The translations under genes and the position numbers were made by a program. The notes beneath the pieces were generated by a model, which was not told where the DNA came from, did not search any database, and saw only the letters and a list, made by a program, of their open reading frames with translations. DNA of 64,000 bases from Candidatus Binatia bacterium (GTDB lineage Bacteria > Desulfobacterota > Binatia > UBA9968 > JAJDTQ01), in assembly GCA_963666515.2 (NCBI GenBank), contig OY762897.2:1984001-2048000 (forward strand). The letters run 5' to 3'. This document shows, piece after piece, positions 47,731-57,755 of this stretch. The number at the start of each line of letters is the position of its first letter. Position 1 is the first letter of the stretch.

Positions 47731-48899
47731 ACGGCGTCCTTCGACTTCGCTTGGCTACGCCCCGCAGCGTCGCCCTCCGCTGTCAGGGAAGCGCCGGCCC
47801 TCAGCACCTCCGCGGCCTGCCGTACCATCGCCTGCACGATCTCGGCCGCGGGCCGCACGTCCTTCTCGCCCAGCAGTCCGGCGATCTGTCCGCCCGGCAC
47901 GCTCATGACGTCCACCCGGCTTCCCTGCTCCGCGGCCACCCGGAACTGGTCGTTGAGCACGCCCTGGAACGGCATCTCCAGCGGCTGCAGGCCCGATTCC
48001 TCCCACTTGCGGATCACCGGGCTGCGGTAGTGGCGGCTGGGCTTGCCGCTGGGATAGCGGTCGAGAACGAAGTCCTCGGTGCGGCCCCCGATGAGCTGGC
48101 TCTTGTAGTCGGCGTGTATCTCGCTCTCGGCGCTGGCCAGGAAGACCGTGCCGCACCACACGCCCACCGCGCCGAGGCTCAGCGCCGCCGCCAGGCCCCG
48201 GCCGTCGGCAATGCCTCCGGCCACCACCACGGGGGTGGGCTTCACCGCGTCCACCACCTGGGGTATCAGCGGGAAATTGGCGATTCTCCCCGTATGGCCG
48301 CCAGCCTCGTAGCCCTGGGCGATGACCACGTCCACGCCGTTGGCGGCGTGCCCCACCGCCTGCTTCACGTTGCCGCAGAGCGCCAGCACCTTCATGCCGC
48401 GCTCGTGAGCCAGCGGCACAACCTGGGCAGTGTCGCCGAGCCCCACCGCCAGCACCCGGACGCCCTCCTCCAGGATCACGTCCAGTTGCCGTTGCACCAT
48501 GTCCGGCGTCTTGACCTTGGACCACGGGTCGGGGCCCTGGGTCTCCAGCCCGAACTCCTCGATGGCCTCTCGCACGAACTCCACGTGATCGGGGTGGGTC
48601 CGCTCCAGGAACTCCCGGACGTTGCCGACGTCCGCGTAGGGCGTCTGCGCCAGCCGCGGCAGGGTGATGTCCACGCCGAAGGGCCGGTCGGTCAGCTCGC
48701 GGGTGGCGCGGATGCGCTCCCGGATGAACTCCGGCTGGAGCGGGCTGCCGCCGATGACGCCCAGGCCGCCGGCGTCGGACACCGCTGCCACCAGCTTCGG
48801 CGGGGTCGTGGAGCCGCGGCTGTCCCAGCCCATACCCGCCTGGATGATCGGGTGCTCGATGCCGAGCACGTCGCACAGAGAAGTCTTGAGTTTCGCCAT
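47727..48899 (-). CDS. Nitronate monooxygenase/FabK-like flavoprotein
   Basis: PIIQAGMG, QGYEAGGHTG and AGGIADGRG. Confidence 0.88.
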   Translation of the reverse strand: MAKLKTSLCDVLGIEHPIIQAGMGWDSRGSTTPPKLVAAVSDAGGLGVIGGSPLQPEFIRERIRATRELTDRPFGVDITLPRLAQTPYADVGNVREFLERTHPDHVEFVREAIEEFGLETQGPDPWSKVKTPDMVQRQLDVILEEGVRVLAVGLGDTAQVVPLAHERGMKVLALCGNVKQAVGHAANGVDVVIAQGYEAGGHTGRIANFPLIPQVVDAVKPTPVVVAGGIADGRGLAAALSLGAVGVWCGTVFLASAESEIHADYKSQLIGGRTEDFVLDRYPSGKPSRHYRSPVIRKWEESGLQPLEMPFQGVLNDQFRVAAEQGSRVDVMSVPGGQIAGLLGEKDVRPAAEIVQAMVRQAAEVLRAGASLTAEGDAAGRSQAKSKDAV

Positions 48900-49086
48900 T
48901 GCCGCGCTCCGGTCCGTGTATCCGCGTCCCTGGTCATCTAACGCGAACCGGCAGGCATTGCCAATGGCCACCGCGTTCCGGCGTCGTGGACAGCCGGAAC
49001 CAACCGTGTTAGGAGCCTGTGCCAACGGGCTTGAACCGATTTTGAATCGATTGCCCGGCAACACGGTCAACTCACGAGGACACGCC

Positions 49087-49962
49087 ATGGAGAACCGCCG
49101 CTACGACTATCAGCCCATCACCGGCCGTCCCAGGCTCCGCTGGCCCGACGATGCCAGAATCGCGGTCTGGGTGAGCCCCAACATCGAGTACTTCCACATC
49201 GACGAGCCCATTCCCAACTTCGGCATGTCCCGGATACCGGACGTGCGCGGCTACTCGCAACGCGACTACGGCGCGCGGGTCGGCGTCTTCAGGATGATGG
49301 AGGTGCTCGACAAGCACGGCGTCCGGGCCAGCGCCCAGTTGAACTCCGAGTGCTGCATCCACCACCGGGAAATCATCGACGAGGGGGTCAAGCGGGACTG
49401 GGAGTGGTTGGGACACGGCATCACCAACAACCGGCCCTTGACCTCGTATGTCGCCGCGGAGGAGCGCTCCATCATACGCCAGGTGCGAAACGAGATCGCC
49501 GAGGCGACCGGACAGGCGCCGCGGGGCTGGCTCGGACCGGCCCTGGCCGAGACCTTCGACACCCCGGACCACCTGGCGGCGGTGGGCTTCGACTACCTTT
49601 GCGACTGGGGCTTCGACGACCAGCCCGTCCCCATGCGCGTCCAGAGCGGCCGCATGATCGTCGTGCCCTACGAGCAGGGCCTGAACGACATCAACTTTTT
49701 CCTGCGCTCCAACTACACCCCCGGCGAGTACCTGCGGCAGGTCTGCGACCAGTTCGACGTGCTATACCGGGACGGCGAACAAAGCGGCACCGTCCTGTGC
49801 CTCCCCCTGCACCCGTTCATCATAGGAGTCCCCCTCCGCATCAAGTACCTCGACCTCGCCCTGGAATACATCCGCTCCCACGACGGCGTCTGGCTTACCA
49901 CCGGCGGGGAGATTGCGGAGTGGTACTATGAGCACTACTACGAGGATCCGGGGAAGCCGTAG
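49087..49962 (+). CDS. Polysaccharide deacetylase family (PuuE-like), paralog of 46029-46907
   Basis: Same motifs; colinear with the first copy. Confidence 0.88.
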   Translation: MENRRYDYQPITGRPRLRWPDDARIAVWVSPNIEYFHIDEPIPNFGMSRIPDVRGYSQRDYGARVGVFRMMEVLDKHGVRASAQLNSECCIHHREIIDEGVKRDWEWLGHGITNNRPLTSYVAAEERSIIRQVRNEIAEATGQAPRGWLGPALAETFDTPDHLAAVGFDYLCDWGFDDQPVPMRVQSGRMIVVPYEQGLNDINFFLRSNYTPGEYLRQVCDQFDVLYRDGEQSGTVLCLPLHPFIIGVPLRIKYLDLALEYIRSHDGVWLTTGGEIAEWYYEHYYEDPGKP

Positions 49963-49968
49963 AGCTCC

Positions 49969-50931
49969 ATGACGCAATCGTTCGAGATCATCCCGCGGGC
50001 GCCCTACTCCTTTGACTTCACCGCCGCGCGTTTCATGCGGTTTCCGAGTGAGAACGTCGACCTGGTGGAGCGTGGCCGGTACCGGCGCCTGCTCACCGCC
50101 GGCCGCCAGGCCGCCCTGGCCACGGTCACGGACGCCGGCACCGTGGCGCGGCCGAGACTCGCCGTGACCTTGCGCAGCCTGTCAAGGACCCCTCTCCAGT
50201 CGGCCGCGTTCGAGGCCCAACTGCGGCACATCCTGTGCACCGACCTCGATCTCAAACCGTTCTACCGCCTGGCGCGCGGGGACACGATGCTGGCGCCGAT
50301 GGTGAGCCGGTTTCGCGGGCTGCGCGTCGTCGCCAGCCCCACGCTGTTCGAGGCGCTGGTCACCGCGGTCCTCTCCCAGCAGGTCAACCTCACCTTCGCC
50401 TATTCCATCAAGCAGGCGCTGGTCGAGAGCTTCGGGCGCAAGTGGCGCCTGCGGGGGCGCACCTACTACGCGTTTCCCGAGCCGCGCCGGTTCGCCGCCC
50501 AAAGCCTCGGAGCCATGCGCGGCTTCCGGCTGAGCAACGCCAAGGCGGGCACGCTGATCCGCATCGGCGATGCGTTCGCCTCCGACTCCGCACTGGACGG
50601 GTTGGCGGCAATGCCCGACGAAGAGGTCGTCGAGCGCCTGACCGCGATCAAGGGAATCGGCCGCTGGTCCGCGGAGATCGCGCTGATGCGCGGCCTGGCC
50701 CGTCCGGATACCTTCCCGGCCGGCGACCTGGGGGTGGTCAAGTACGTGGCGCAGGGCCTGCTGGGAAAGACCGGCAAGGCCACCGAGGCCGAAATGCGCG
50801 CCTTCGCCGAACGCTGGCGGCCCTACCGGGGGCTGGCGCTGACGTACTGTTACGCGGAGTTGGCGACTCGGCGCGGCACGACCACGCCGGGCGTGGGCCG
50901 GAACCGTCCCGACGCCACGACGCCGGAGTGA
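49969..50931 (+). CDS. alkA: DNA-3-methyladenine glycosylase II (AlkA-like)
   Basis: HhH motif IKGIGRWSA, FPAGDLG and WRPYRG. Confidence 0.88.
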   Translation: MTQSFEIIPRAPYSFDFTAARFMRFPSENVDLVERGRYRRLLTAGRQAALATVTDAGTVARPRLAVTLRSLSRTPLQSAAFEAQLRHILCTDLDLKPFYRLARGDTMLAPMVSRFRGLRVVASPTLFEALVTAVLSQQVNLTFAYSIKQALVESFGRKWRLRGRTYYAFPEPRRFAAQSLGAMRGFRLSNAKAGTLIRIGDAFASDSALDGLAAMPDEEVVERLTAIKGIGRWSAEIALMRGLARPDTFPAGDLGVVKYVAQGLLGKTGKATEAEMRAFAERWRPYRGLALTYCYAELATRRGTTTPGVGRNRPDATTPE

Positions 50932-50940
50932 AGGCGACCC

Positions 50941-52071
50941 ATGCCGAGCACGCCTCATGACGCCGGCGGCGCCGGCCGCACGCTCTCCATCGTCGTGCCG
51001 ACGTTTCGCGAGGCGGCCAACATCACGCCGTTGGCCGAACGCATCGACGCGGCCCTGTCCGGCGCCGGCATCGAATGGGAGCTGTTGCTGGTGGACGACG
51101 ACTCCGACGACGGCAGCGAGGCCGTGGCCGCGGAACTGGCGCGGCGCCTGCCGGTGCGCATGGTGGTCCGCCGCGACGCGCCCCGCGATCTGTCGCTGGC
51201 CGTCATCGAGGGCATCCGGCAGTGCCGCTTCGACCGGCTGGTGGTGATGGACGCAGACCTGTCGCATCCGCCCGACCGCATCGCCGACCTGCTGGCCGCG
51301 CTGGACGCCGATTGCGACATGGTGATCGGCAGCCGCTACTCCCCCGGCGGCGTCGTGGACCCCTCGTGGAGCCTCTACCGCGTGCTGAACTCACGGCTGG
51401 CCACCTGGCTGGCGCGTCCTCTGGTCAAGTGCGCCGACCCGATGTCGGGTTTCTTCGCCACCCGCCGCAGCGCGCTGCCGGACCTCCGCACCCTGCGGCC
51501 CATGGGGTACAAGATCGCGCTGGAACTCCTGGTGCGGGGACGACTGCGGGCGCGCGAGGTGCCCATCGACTTCCGCGACCGGAGCGCCGGCGCCAGCAAG
51601 ATGAACTGGCGCCAGCAGCTCAGGTTCCTGCGCCACCTCTCCCGGCTTTACAACCACAAGTTCGGCAGCCTGGCGCGCGTTCCCTTCTTCAGCGCGGTGG
51701 GCGCCAGCGGCCTTGTGGTCGATCTCACCTGCTATCTCGGCCTTCAGTGGGCCGGCGTCGAGCACCGGCTCGCACGCTTCCTGTCCTTCTGGCCGGCGGT
51801 CGGCTGGAACTGGGCGCTCAACCGCGGCCTGACCTTCAGCGAGCGGGCGCGGCAGCCGCACCTGGGTCAGTTGGCCCGCTTCATGGCAAGCAGCCTCATC
51901 GGGCTTGCGGTGAACGTCGGCAGCTATGCGCTGTTGACCAGCTACGTGGATATCTTCGACCGTCACCGCCTGCTGGCGTTTTTCTGCGGCGTCGGCCTCG
52001 GCAGCATCGTCAACTTCCTGGTTGCCGACCTCTACGTCTACGGCCGGCGTCCGGGACCCGGACACGGGTAG
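50941..52071 (+). CDS. GT2 polyprenol-phosphate mannose synthase (DPM1/Ppm1-like) fused to GtrA domain
   Basis: SIVVPTF, VDDDSDDG, MDADLSHPP, GSRY, DPMSGFF and GYKIALE; C-terminal 4-TM GtrA-like region. Confidence 0.9.
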   Translation: MPSTPHDAGGAGRTLSIVVPTFREAANITPLAERIDAALSGAGIEWELLLVDDDSDDGSEAVAAELARRLPVRMVVRRDAPRDLSLAVIEGIRQCRFDRLVVMDADLSHPPDRIADLLAALDADCDMVIGSRYSPGGVVDPSWSLYRVLNSRLATWLARPLVKCADPMSGFFATRRSALPDLRTLRPMGYKIALELLVRGRLRAREVPIDFRDRSAGASKMNWRQQLRFLRHLSRLYNHKFGSLARVPFFSAVGASGLVVDLTCYLGLQWAGVEHRLARFLSFWPAVGWNWALNRGLTFSERARQPHLGQLARFMASSLIGLAVNVGSYALLTSYVDIFDRHRLLAFFCGVGLGSIVNFLVADLYVYGRRPGPGHG

Positions 52072-52078
52072 CGGGCTG

Positions 52079-53788
52079 GTGGCCACGAGATCCCAGCAGG
52101 CGCGCTCGCGGCGAGAACGAAGGCAAACGCCGGCGCGGTCCTGGCCGGAGCGTCTTCACGCCGCGCCGGAAGTCCTGTTGCACCCGCAAACGCCCGGCGC
52201 GCCGCCCTGGAAATACCTGCCCTGGGTCCTCACCCTCGCTTTCGCGGCGCGGGCGGCCGTGGCCCTCTCCGGCGACTTCGTCCTGCATCCCGACGAGATC
52301 ATGCAGTACCTGGAACCGGCGCACCGCCTGGTGTTCGGCAACGGCGTCGTCTACTGGGAGTTCTTCTACGGCGCGCGCTCGTGGCTCGTACCCGGCGTCG
52401 TCGCCGGGACGTTGATGCTTTTCGACCTGGCCGGGCTCGGTGAGCCGTCCTGGTACGTCGGCGGGGTGGAGCTCGTGTTCTGCGCGCTCTCCCTGGCGAT
52501 TCCGGCCGGGATGTACTTCTTCGCGCGGCGGCACTTCAGTGAAGCCGCGGCGCGGGCGGCGCTCCTGGCCGGCGCGTTCTGGTACGAACTGTTGGGTTTC
52601 GCGCACAAGCCCATGACCGAGTTCGTCGCCACCGCGATACTGATGGCCTTGCTGGCGCTCTGCGTCCAGCCGGCGGCGAACCGGACCCGGACGGCGTGGC
52701 TGGCGGCTCTCCTGGCCGTGCTGGCGGCCGCGGTCCGGTTGCAGTACGCGCCGCTGGCGCTCGTGCTTTTGGGCATCTTCTTTCTCCGCACCGAAAGGAA
52801 GTGGCTGGTTGCGCTTGCCGCGGCGGTGTTCCTGCTGGCAGTCGGTCTCTTTGACATGCTGACGTGGAACCTGGCGGCGGACTCGTTCGGCGCGTCACCC
52901 TGGAACCCCGGACCGTTTCATTCCTACCAGACCAACATCCGCGTCAACCTGGCCCTCGGCGAGACCCTGGCGGCCGGGCATCCCGCATGGCAGTACCCTG
53001 TGTGGCTGCTGCACGCCGGCGGCGGACTGACCCTGCTGTGCGCGGCCATGGCCCTGCGCGAGCCGCGACGCTACGGGCTGCTGCTTTCGCTCATTGCCCT
53101 CGTCCTGCTCCTCCATGCGGCGCAGGCCCACAAGGAGTACCGCTTCATCTTCGTCGTCGTCCCGCTTTGGCTTCTGATCGGCGCGGACCTTGCGGCCCGG
53201 CTCGCGGCCGTGGCGGAGCGGACATGGTTGAGGCGCGGTGCGGCCGCGGCCGTGTTTGCGGCAGTTTCATCGGCCGGGATTCTGGAAGCGTTGCCGTATC
53301 AGAAGTGGCTGTACCAGGGAGTCTGGATACGACCGCCCGACAAAATCGGCTTCATCGGCGGCCGGGATCCCGCTTTTCCCGCCTACCGATACCTTGCCCG
53401 GACCCCCGGCGTCGCCGCGGTCGCACACGTCCATCGCCAGTACCACGGCACGCCCGGATACTACCATCTGCACCGCAAGATACCGTTCTATGACCGCGAT
53501 ACCCTGGGCCTCGTGGGAAAAAACCTGCCGGAGTTTTCGGCTTCCGTCAGCCACGTGGTGTCCGAGCGCCCGGATCTTGTCCTTCCCGGCTACTCGGTGG
53601 AAAAGGCCTTCGGCAACATCCGCATCTGGCGCCGGGAAAACAACGATGCGCCGGTCCGCCGGTGGCGGAGCCATACTCCGATCATCGACTCCCATCACAC
53701 GCGTGTTCTGCGCCGGCTGAGCCCCGATGCCCCCGCGGTACCGCCTGATTCCGGCATCCGGTTCGCAGGCATGGCGGTCTCACCATGA
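52079..53788 (+). CDS. GT-C mannosyltransferase, PIG-B/Alg9 (GT22)-like
   Basis: HPDEIMQYLEPAHRLVFGNGVVYWEF...RSW and HKEYRFI motifs; start uncertain (52022 or 52079). Confidence 0.85.
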   Translation: MATRSQQARSRRERRQTPARSWPERLHAAPEVLLHPQTPGAPPWKYLPWVLTLAFAARAAVALSGDFVLHPDEIMQYLEPAHRLVFGNGVVYWEFFYGARSWLVPGVVAGTLMLFDLAGLGEPSWYVGGVELVFCALSLAIPAGMYFFARRHFSEAAARAALLAGAFWYELLGFAHKPMTEFVATAILMALLALCVQPAANRTRTAWLAALLAVLAAAVRLQYAPLALVLLGIFFLRTERKWLVALAAAVFLLAVGLFDMLTWNLAADSFGASPWNPGPFHSYQTNIRVNLALGETLAAGHPAWQYPVWLLHAGGGLTLLCAAMALREPRRYGLLLSLIALVLLLHAAQAHKEYRFIFVVVPLWLLIGADLAARLAAVAERTWLRRGAAAAVFAAVSSAGILEALPYQKWLYQGVWIRPPDKIGFIGGRDPAFPAYRYLARTPGVAAVAHVHRQYHGTPGYYHLHRKIPFYDRDTLGLVGKNLPEFSASVSHVVSERPDLVLPGYSVEKAFGNIRIWRRENNDAPVRRWRSHTPIIDSHHTRVLRRLSPDAPAVPPDSGIRFAGMAVSP

Positions 53789-55026
53789 AGAGAAAACCGA
53801 AACAGACGAAGAAGACGAGGAAGGTCGAGGCAAGCGCCTCGGAACCACGCCACCGAACCGCGGTCATGCCGGCCGGGGAACCGCTGTTCAAGGGCTTTCC
53901 GAACCCGGAGGCGTCGGCGATTTTCCTGATCGCCAAGGCGGTGGTGGCGGCGGCGCTCCTCCTCGCGTTCTACGTTTTCGACGGGCTGCACGCCGTCAAC
54001 CTCTGGAACCGCTGGCATTCCGGGACCGACGTGCTCAACGCCCTCTACCTGCCTTTCGCCAACTGGGACGGCCAGCACTACGCGCTGCTCGCCGACCGGG
54101 GCTACCCGGGACATCCGCACAGCCATGCGTTCTTCCCTCTGTATCCTCTGGCGGTCAGGGCCGTGCAACTCGTTCTCGGTGACGTCTACGTGTCCGGCCT
54201 CGTGCTGAACCTGCTGCTGTCGTTCCTCTTCTGCCACGTTTTCCACCGGTACGCCGTTCACTTCCTGCCGGCGCGGTCCGCATCCGGAGCGCTCGCTCTC
54301 CTGTTGTGCTATCCGACCGCGTTCTATTTGACCGTATTGTACTCGGAGGCGTTGTTCCTGCTGTTGCTGTTCGCGTTCCTCTACTTCCATGACCTGCGCA
54401 AGAGCTACCTCAGCGCGCTCTTCGCCCTGCTGCTGCCGCTGGCGCGCGGGCAGGCGGTTTTCGTATTGGCGGCCGTGTTGATCATCGTCGCCGTCGAACG
54501 CTTCAAGGGCAAGCCCATCGACTACCGGTATGAAGCTTGCAACCTGGCTGCGTTTGCCGCCGGCGGAGTGTTGTACCTCGTGTTTTTCCACGCGGTGGTG
54601 GGCGACGCGTTCTCGGGAATCCGGGCGCAGGGCAGCTTCGTATTCGGCAATTCGCTCGCCAACATACTCAACCCCGGGCATTTTCTGGCGTACCTGTTCT
54701 CCGGGACCCAGGGCGTATTCGGCTATACCCATTCGCTGGTGGACAAGATCTTCGTAGTCGCGTCGCTGCTGTCCATCGCCATCGTGGCCGGGACGAGAAA
54801 CCTCCGGTGGCTGGTGCTGTACGTCATGCTGCTCTACCCGGTGGCTGCGATGGGCGCGGGCGGTTCCTTCTCACGCTTCTCGCTGGTGGCGGCGCCCATC
54901 CTCGTCCTCGCAGTCTGGACGCTCTACGGCGCGCACCCGCGGATCCTCTATGGCGCCGGCGCCGTCCTGCTGGCCGTGCAGATCTTCTTTGCCGGCCGCT
55001 TCGCGCTCAATCTGTGGGTTGCTTGA
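53785..55026 (+). CDS. GT-C mannosyltransferase, PIG-V-like
   Basis: NWDGQHYALLADRGY, AFFPLYP and YSEALF motifs; ATGA overlap with upstream gene. Confidence 0.82.
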   Translation: MKRKPKQTKKTRKVEASASEPRHRTAVMPAGEPLFKGFPNPEASAIFLIAKAVVAAALLLAFYVFDGLHAVNLWNRWHSGTDVLNALYLPFANWDGQHYALLADRGYPGHPHSHAFFPLYPLAVRAVQLVLGDVYVSGLVLNLLLSFLFCHVFHRYAVHFLPARSASGALALLLCYPTAFYLTVLYSEALFLLLLFAFLYFHDLRKSYLSALFALLLPLARGQAVFVLAAVLIIVAVERFKGKPIDYRYEACNLAAFAAGGVLYLVFFHAVVGDAFSGIRAQGSFVFGNSLANILNPGHFLAYLFSGTQGVFGYTHSLVDKIFVVASLLSIAIVAGTRNLRWLVLYVMLLYPVAAMGAGGSFSRFSLVAAPILVLAVWTLYGAHPRILYGAGAVLLAVQIFFAGRFALNLWVA

Positions 55027-56506
55027 TTCCGCCTCGCCGGACGGGAGCGGGGACGTCCTCTTCCGGAGAGTCCGCGTCCGCGCGGCCGTAGGCATCCTCG
55101 TAGCGGACGATGTCGTCCTCATCCAGGTAACCGCCGTACTGCACCTCCACCAGTTCCAGCGGCGCCGTGCCCGGATTCGCCAGCCGGTGTTTCGTTCCCT
55201 GGGGAATGTAAGTGGATTGATTCTCCGCCAACACCAGGGTCTCGTCCCCCCGGGTCACCCGCGCGGTCCCGCGGACCACCACCCAGTGCTCGCAGCGATG
55301 TTCATGCGATTGCAGGGAGAGGGCGTGGCCGGGGTTCACGAAGATGTGCTTCACCTTGAAGCCGTCGCCGATGAGCACGTCATGGTACGTGCCCCACGGA
55401 CGATGGACCTGCCGGTGCACCCGATGCTCATCCCGGCCCGACGACCTGAGCCGCGCCACCACCTTGCGCATGTCGCGAGACGCGTCCCTGCGCGCCACAA
55501 GCAACGCATCGGCGGTGTCCACGATGACGAGATCGGACACGCCCACCGCGGCCACGACCCGATATCCGGCACGGACGTAGGTGTCGCGGACTCCCTCCAG
55601 GATGGCGTCGCCCACGGCCACGTTGCCGGCGCCGTCTCTCTCGCCAAGTTCGGCCAACGCCGCCCAGGAGCCGACGTCCGACCAGTCCGTTGCCAGCGGG
55701 ACCATCACCGCGGCGGAAGTGCGCTCCATGACGGCATGGTCCACCGAGATGGCGGGCGAGCTGGAGAAGGAGGCCGCGTCCAGTCGCAGGAAGCCGGTCT
55801 CCCGCACGGCGTTCCGGTGGGCCTGCGCTACCGCGTCGCGCACCGCCGGCTCGTGGACGCCCAGTTCCCGCAGGTAGCGGCCGGCCGAAAAGACGAACAT
55901 GCCGCTGTTCCAGTAGTACCCGCCCTCTTCAACGCAGGCGGCGGCCTCCGCGGCGTCCGGCTTCTCGATGAACCGCTCGACCCTGCGCCCGTCCTCGCTC
56001 ACGCGGGTGAGGCCCGCGGCCTTGATGTATCCGTACCCGGTCTCGGCGTAGGCCGGAACGACGCCGAAGGTCACGAGATGCCCGGAGGCTGCCTCCCGGA
56101 CCGCGGCCCGGACCGCGCCGGCGAACCGGCCCTCGTCCCGGATGACGTGATCGGCGGGAAGAACCAGCAGGATGGGGTCCGCGCCGTCGTCGAGGGCCAG
56201 GGCCTGAAGCGCCGCCGCGGCGATGGCCGGCGCGGTGTTTCGCCCGACCGGCTCCAGCAGCACGGCCGAAGGGGTCACGTCGATGCCCTTGAGCTGTTCG
56301 GCCACCATGAACCGGTGCGCCTCGTTGCACACCACGATGGGCGCCTGCAACTCGTCCAGCGGCGCGAGGCGCCGGACGGTGGCCTGGAGGAGCGTGCGCT
56401 CCTCCGCCAGCGGAATGAACTGCTTGGGATGGAGTTCACGGGAAAGGGGCCAGAGCCGGGTTCCGGCGCCGCCCGAGAGAATCACGGGGAACAGGACCTG
56501 TTTCAT
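55007..56506 (-). CDS. manC: Mannose-1-phosphate guanylyltransferase/mannose-6-phosphate isomerase
   Basis: GGAGTRLWPLSR, PKQF, EPVGRNTAPA, WSDVGSW, RPWG and LSLQSH. Confidence 0.95.
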   Translation of the reverse strand: MKQVLFPVILSGGAGTRLWPLSRELHPKQFIPLAEERTLLQATVRRLAPLDELQAPIVVCNEAHRFMVAEQLKGIDVTPSAVLLEPVGRNTAPAIAAAALQALALDDGADPILLVLPADHVIRDEGRFAGAVRAAVREAASGHLVTFGVVPAYAETGYGYIKAAGLTRVSEDGRRVERFIEKPDAAEAAACVEEGGYYWNSGMFVFSAGRYLRELGVHEPAVRDAVAQAHRNAVRETGFLRLDAASFSSSPAISVDHAVMERTSAAVMVPLATDWSDVGSWAALAELGERDGAGNVAVGDAILEGVRDTYVRAGYRVVAAVGVSDLVIVDTADALLVARRDASRDMRKVVARLRSSGRDEHRVHRQVHRPWGTYHDVLIGDGFKVKHIFVNPGHALSLQSHEHRCEHWVVVRGTARVTRGDETLVLAENQSTYIPQGTKHRLANPGTAPLELVEVQYGGYLDEDDIVRYEDAYGRADADSPEEDVPAPVRRGGIKQPTD

Positions 56507-57171
56507 CCCGACCAACCCGATTCGTTGCCGGGGCGCCAGGGCCGCCCGTTCCCCCGGAGGACGCGCCGGTTCCACCACGCGATCAGAGGGGAGATGAGGA
56601 GGGTGGGGAGTATCCACGCCAGCCAGACCGGCCGGGTGTCGACGTTGACCACCACGACCGCGGTGACGGTGGCGATGGTTCCCGCCAGCATGTTGGTGAG
56701 ATGGCGCGCGATGCGTTGCCGGCCGGACCGGGCCGGCGACCGGTGATACCGCAGGTCAACGGCGCCCAGGGCCGCGGCGATGAACCCGAACACGCCCAGG
56801 GTCACCCACTGCGGGTCGCCCCGCAGGAACAGCACGATGCCGTAGGCCCACATGCCCAGCCCGGTGAGCCCCATGAGCGCGGCCGCGGTCCGGTCCACGG
56901 GCCGGGGCCGCCCGCTCGCGTTGCGGGCAAAGCGCCAGCCGGCGAAGACGAGGTAGAAGCTGAACGCCGCCACCAGCAAGAGCACCACGTCGGAACCGAG
57001 CAGGGCCAACGGCGCCGCGCTCGCGCACACCAGCGCCATGGCCGCGGCATAGACCCGCCCCGCCCGAACGTGGCGCGCTTCGCCCTTTGCGGTGAGAAGC
57101 GCGACGGCCGCGGCGGCCAACGCCACCGAGCCGGCGGCTATGTGTAAAACGAGGAGGATGGTGCCGGCCAT
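56503..57171 (-). CDS. Predicted membrane protein (DUF2306-like)
   Basis: HIAAG, KGEARHVRAGRVY and HLTNM; ATGA overlap with manC. Confidence 0.75.
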   Translation of the reverse strand: MAGTILLVLHIAAGSVALAAAAVALLTAKGEARHVRAGRVYAAAMALVCASAAPLALLGSDVVLLLVAAFSFYLVFAGWRFARNASGRPRPVDRTAAALMGLTGLGMWAYGIVLFLRGDPQWVTLGVFGFIAAALGAVDLRYHRSPARSGRQRIARHLTNMLAGTIATVTAVVVVNVDTRPVWLAWILPTLLISPLIAWWNRRVLRGNGRPWRPGNESGWSG

Positions 57172-57294
57172 GTCGGACGGATGTTAGCACGAACATCGAT
57201 CCGTCGAGAAACCACCGGGCAGGCAAGCGTTTTGAGCGCAAGCTCATGTTGACCCGGACGTGCCGAGTCGGTATGCATAGACGCCGGGAGCACG

Positions 57295-57747
57295 ATGGGT
57301 ACGGTCCACGAAATCTACATCGCGTCGGAAGGCAGCGCCCACATGCGGAAGGTGGAGGAGGCCGAGGCCCTCGCCAGCATGGGGCTCAAGGGCGACCGCT
57401 ACTGCGAGCGGACCGGCTACTACAGCGGCTGGGACGAGTGCCAGGTGACCCTCATCGAGGCCGAGGAACTGGAGGCCATCGCCGCCGCCTCCGGCCTGCA
57501 GGTGCTCAACGGCGAGCACCGGCGCAACATCGTCACCCGCGGCGTCCGCCTGGGCGATCTCGTGGGACATGCCTTTCGCGCCGGCGACGCGGTCCTCGCC
57601 TTCGACCGGCCGCGCCCGCCGTGCGCCTACATCCAGTCCATTACCGAGCCTGGCATGACCCGGGCACTCGCCGGCAAGAGCGGCATCTGCGCACTGGTCG
57701 TGCAGGGCGGCTTCATCCGGCCCGGCGACGAGATCGCCGTGCTCTGA
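57295..57747 (+). CDS. MOSC domain protein
   Basis: GLKGDRY, QVTLI, RRNIVTRG and PC. Confidence 0.88.
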   Translation: MGTVHEIYIASEGSAHMRKVEEAEALASMGLKGDRYCERTGYYSGWDECQVTLIEAEELEAIAAASGLQVLNGEHRRNIVTRGVRLGDLVGHAFRAGDAVLAFDRPRPPCAYIQSITEPGMTRALAGKSGICALVVQGGFIRPGDEIAVL

Positions 57748-57755
57748 TCACGGCC

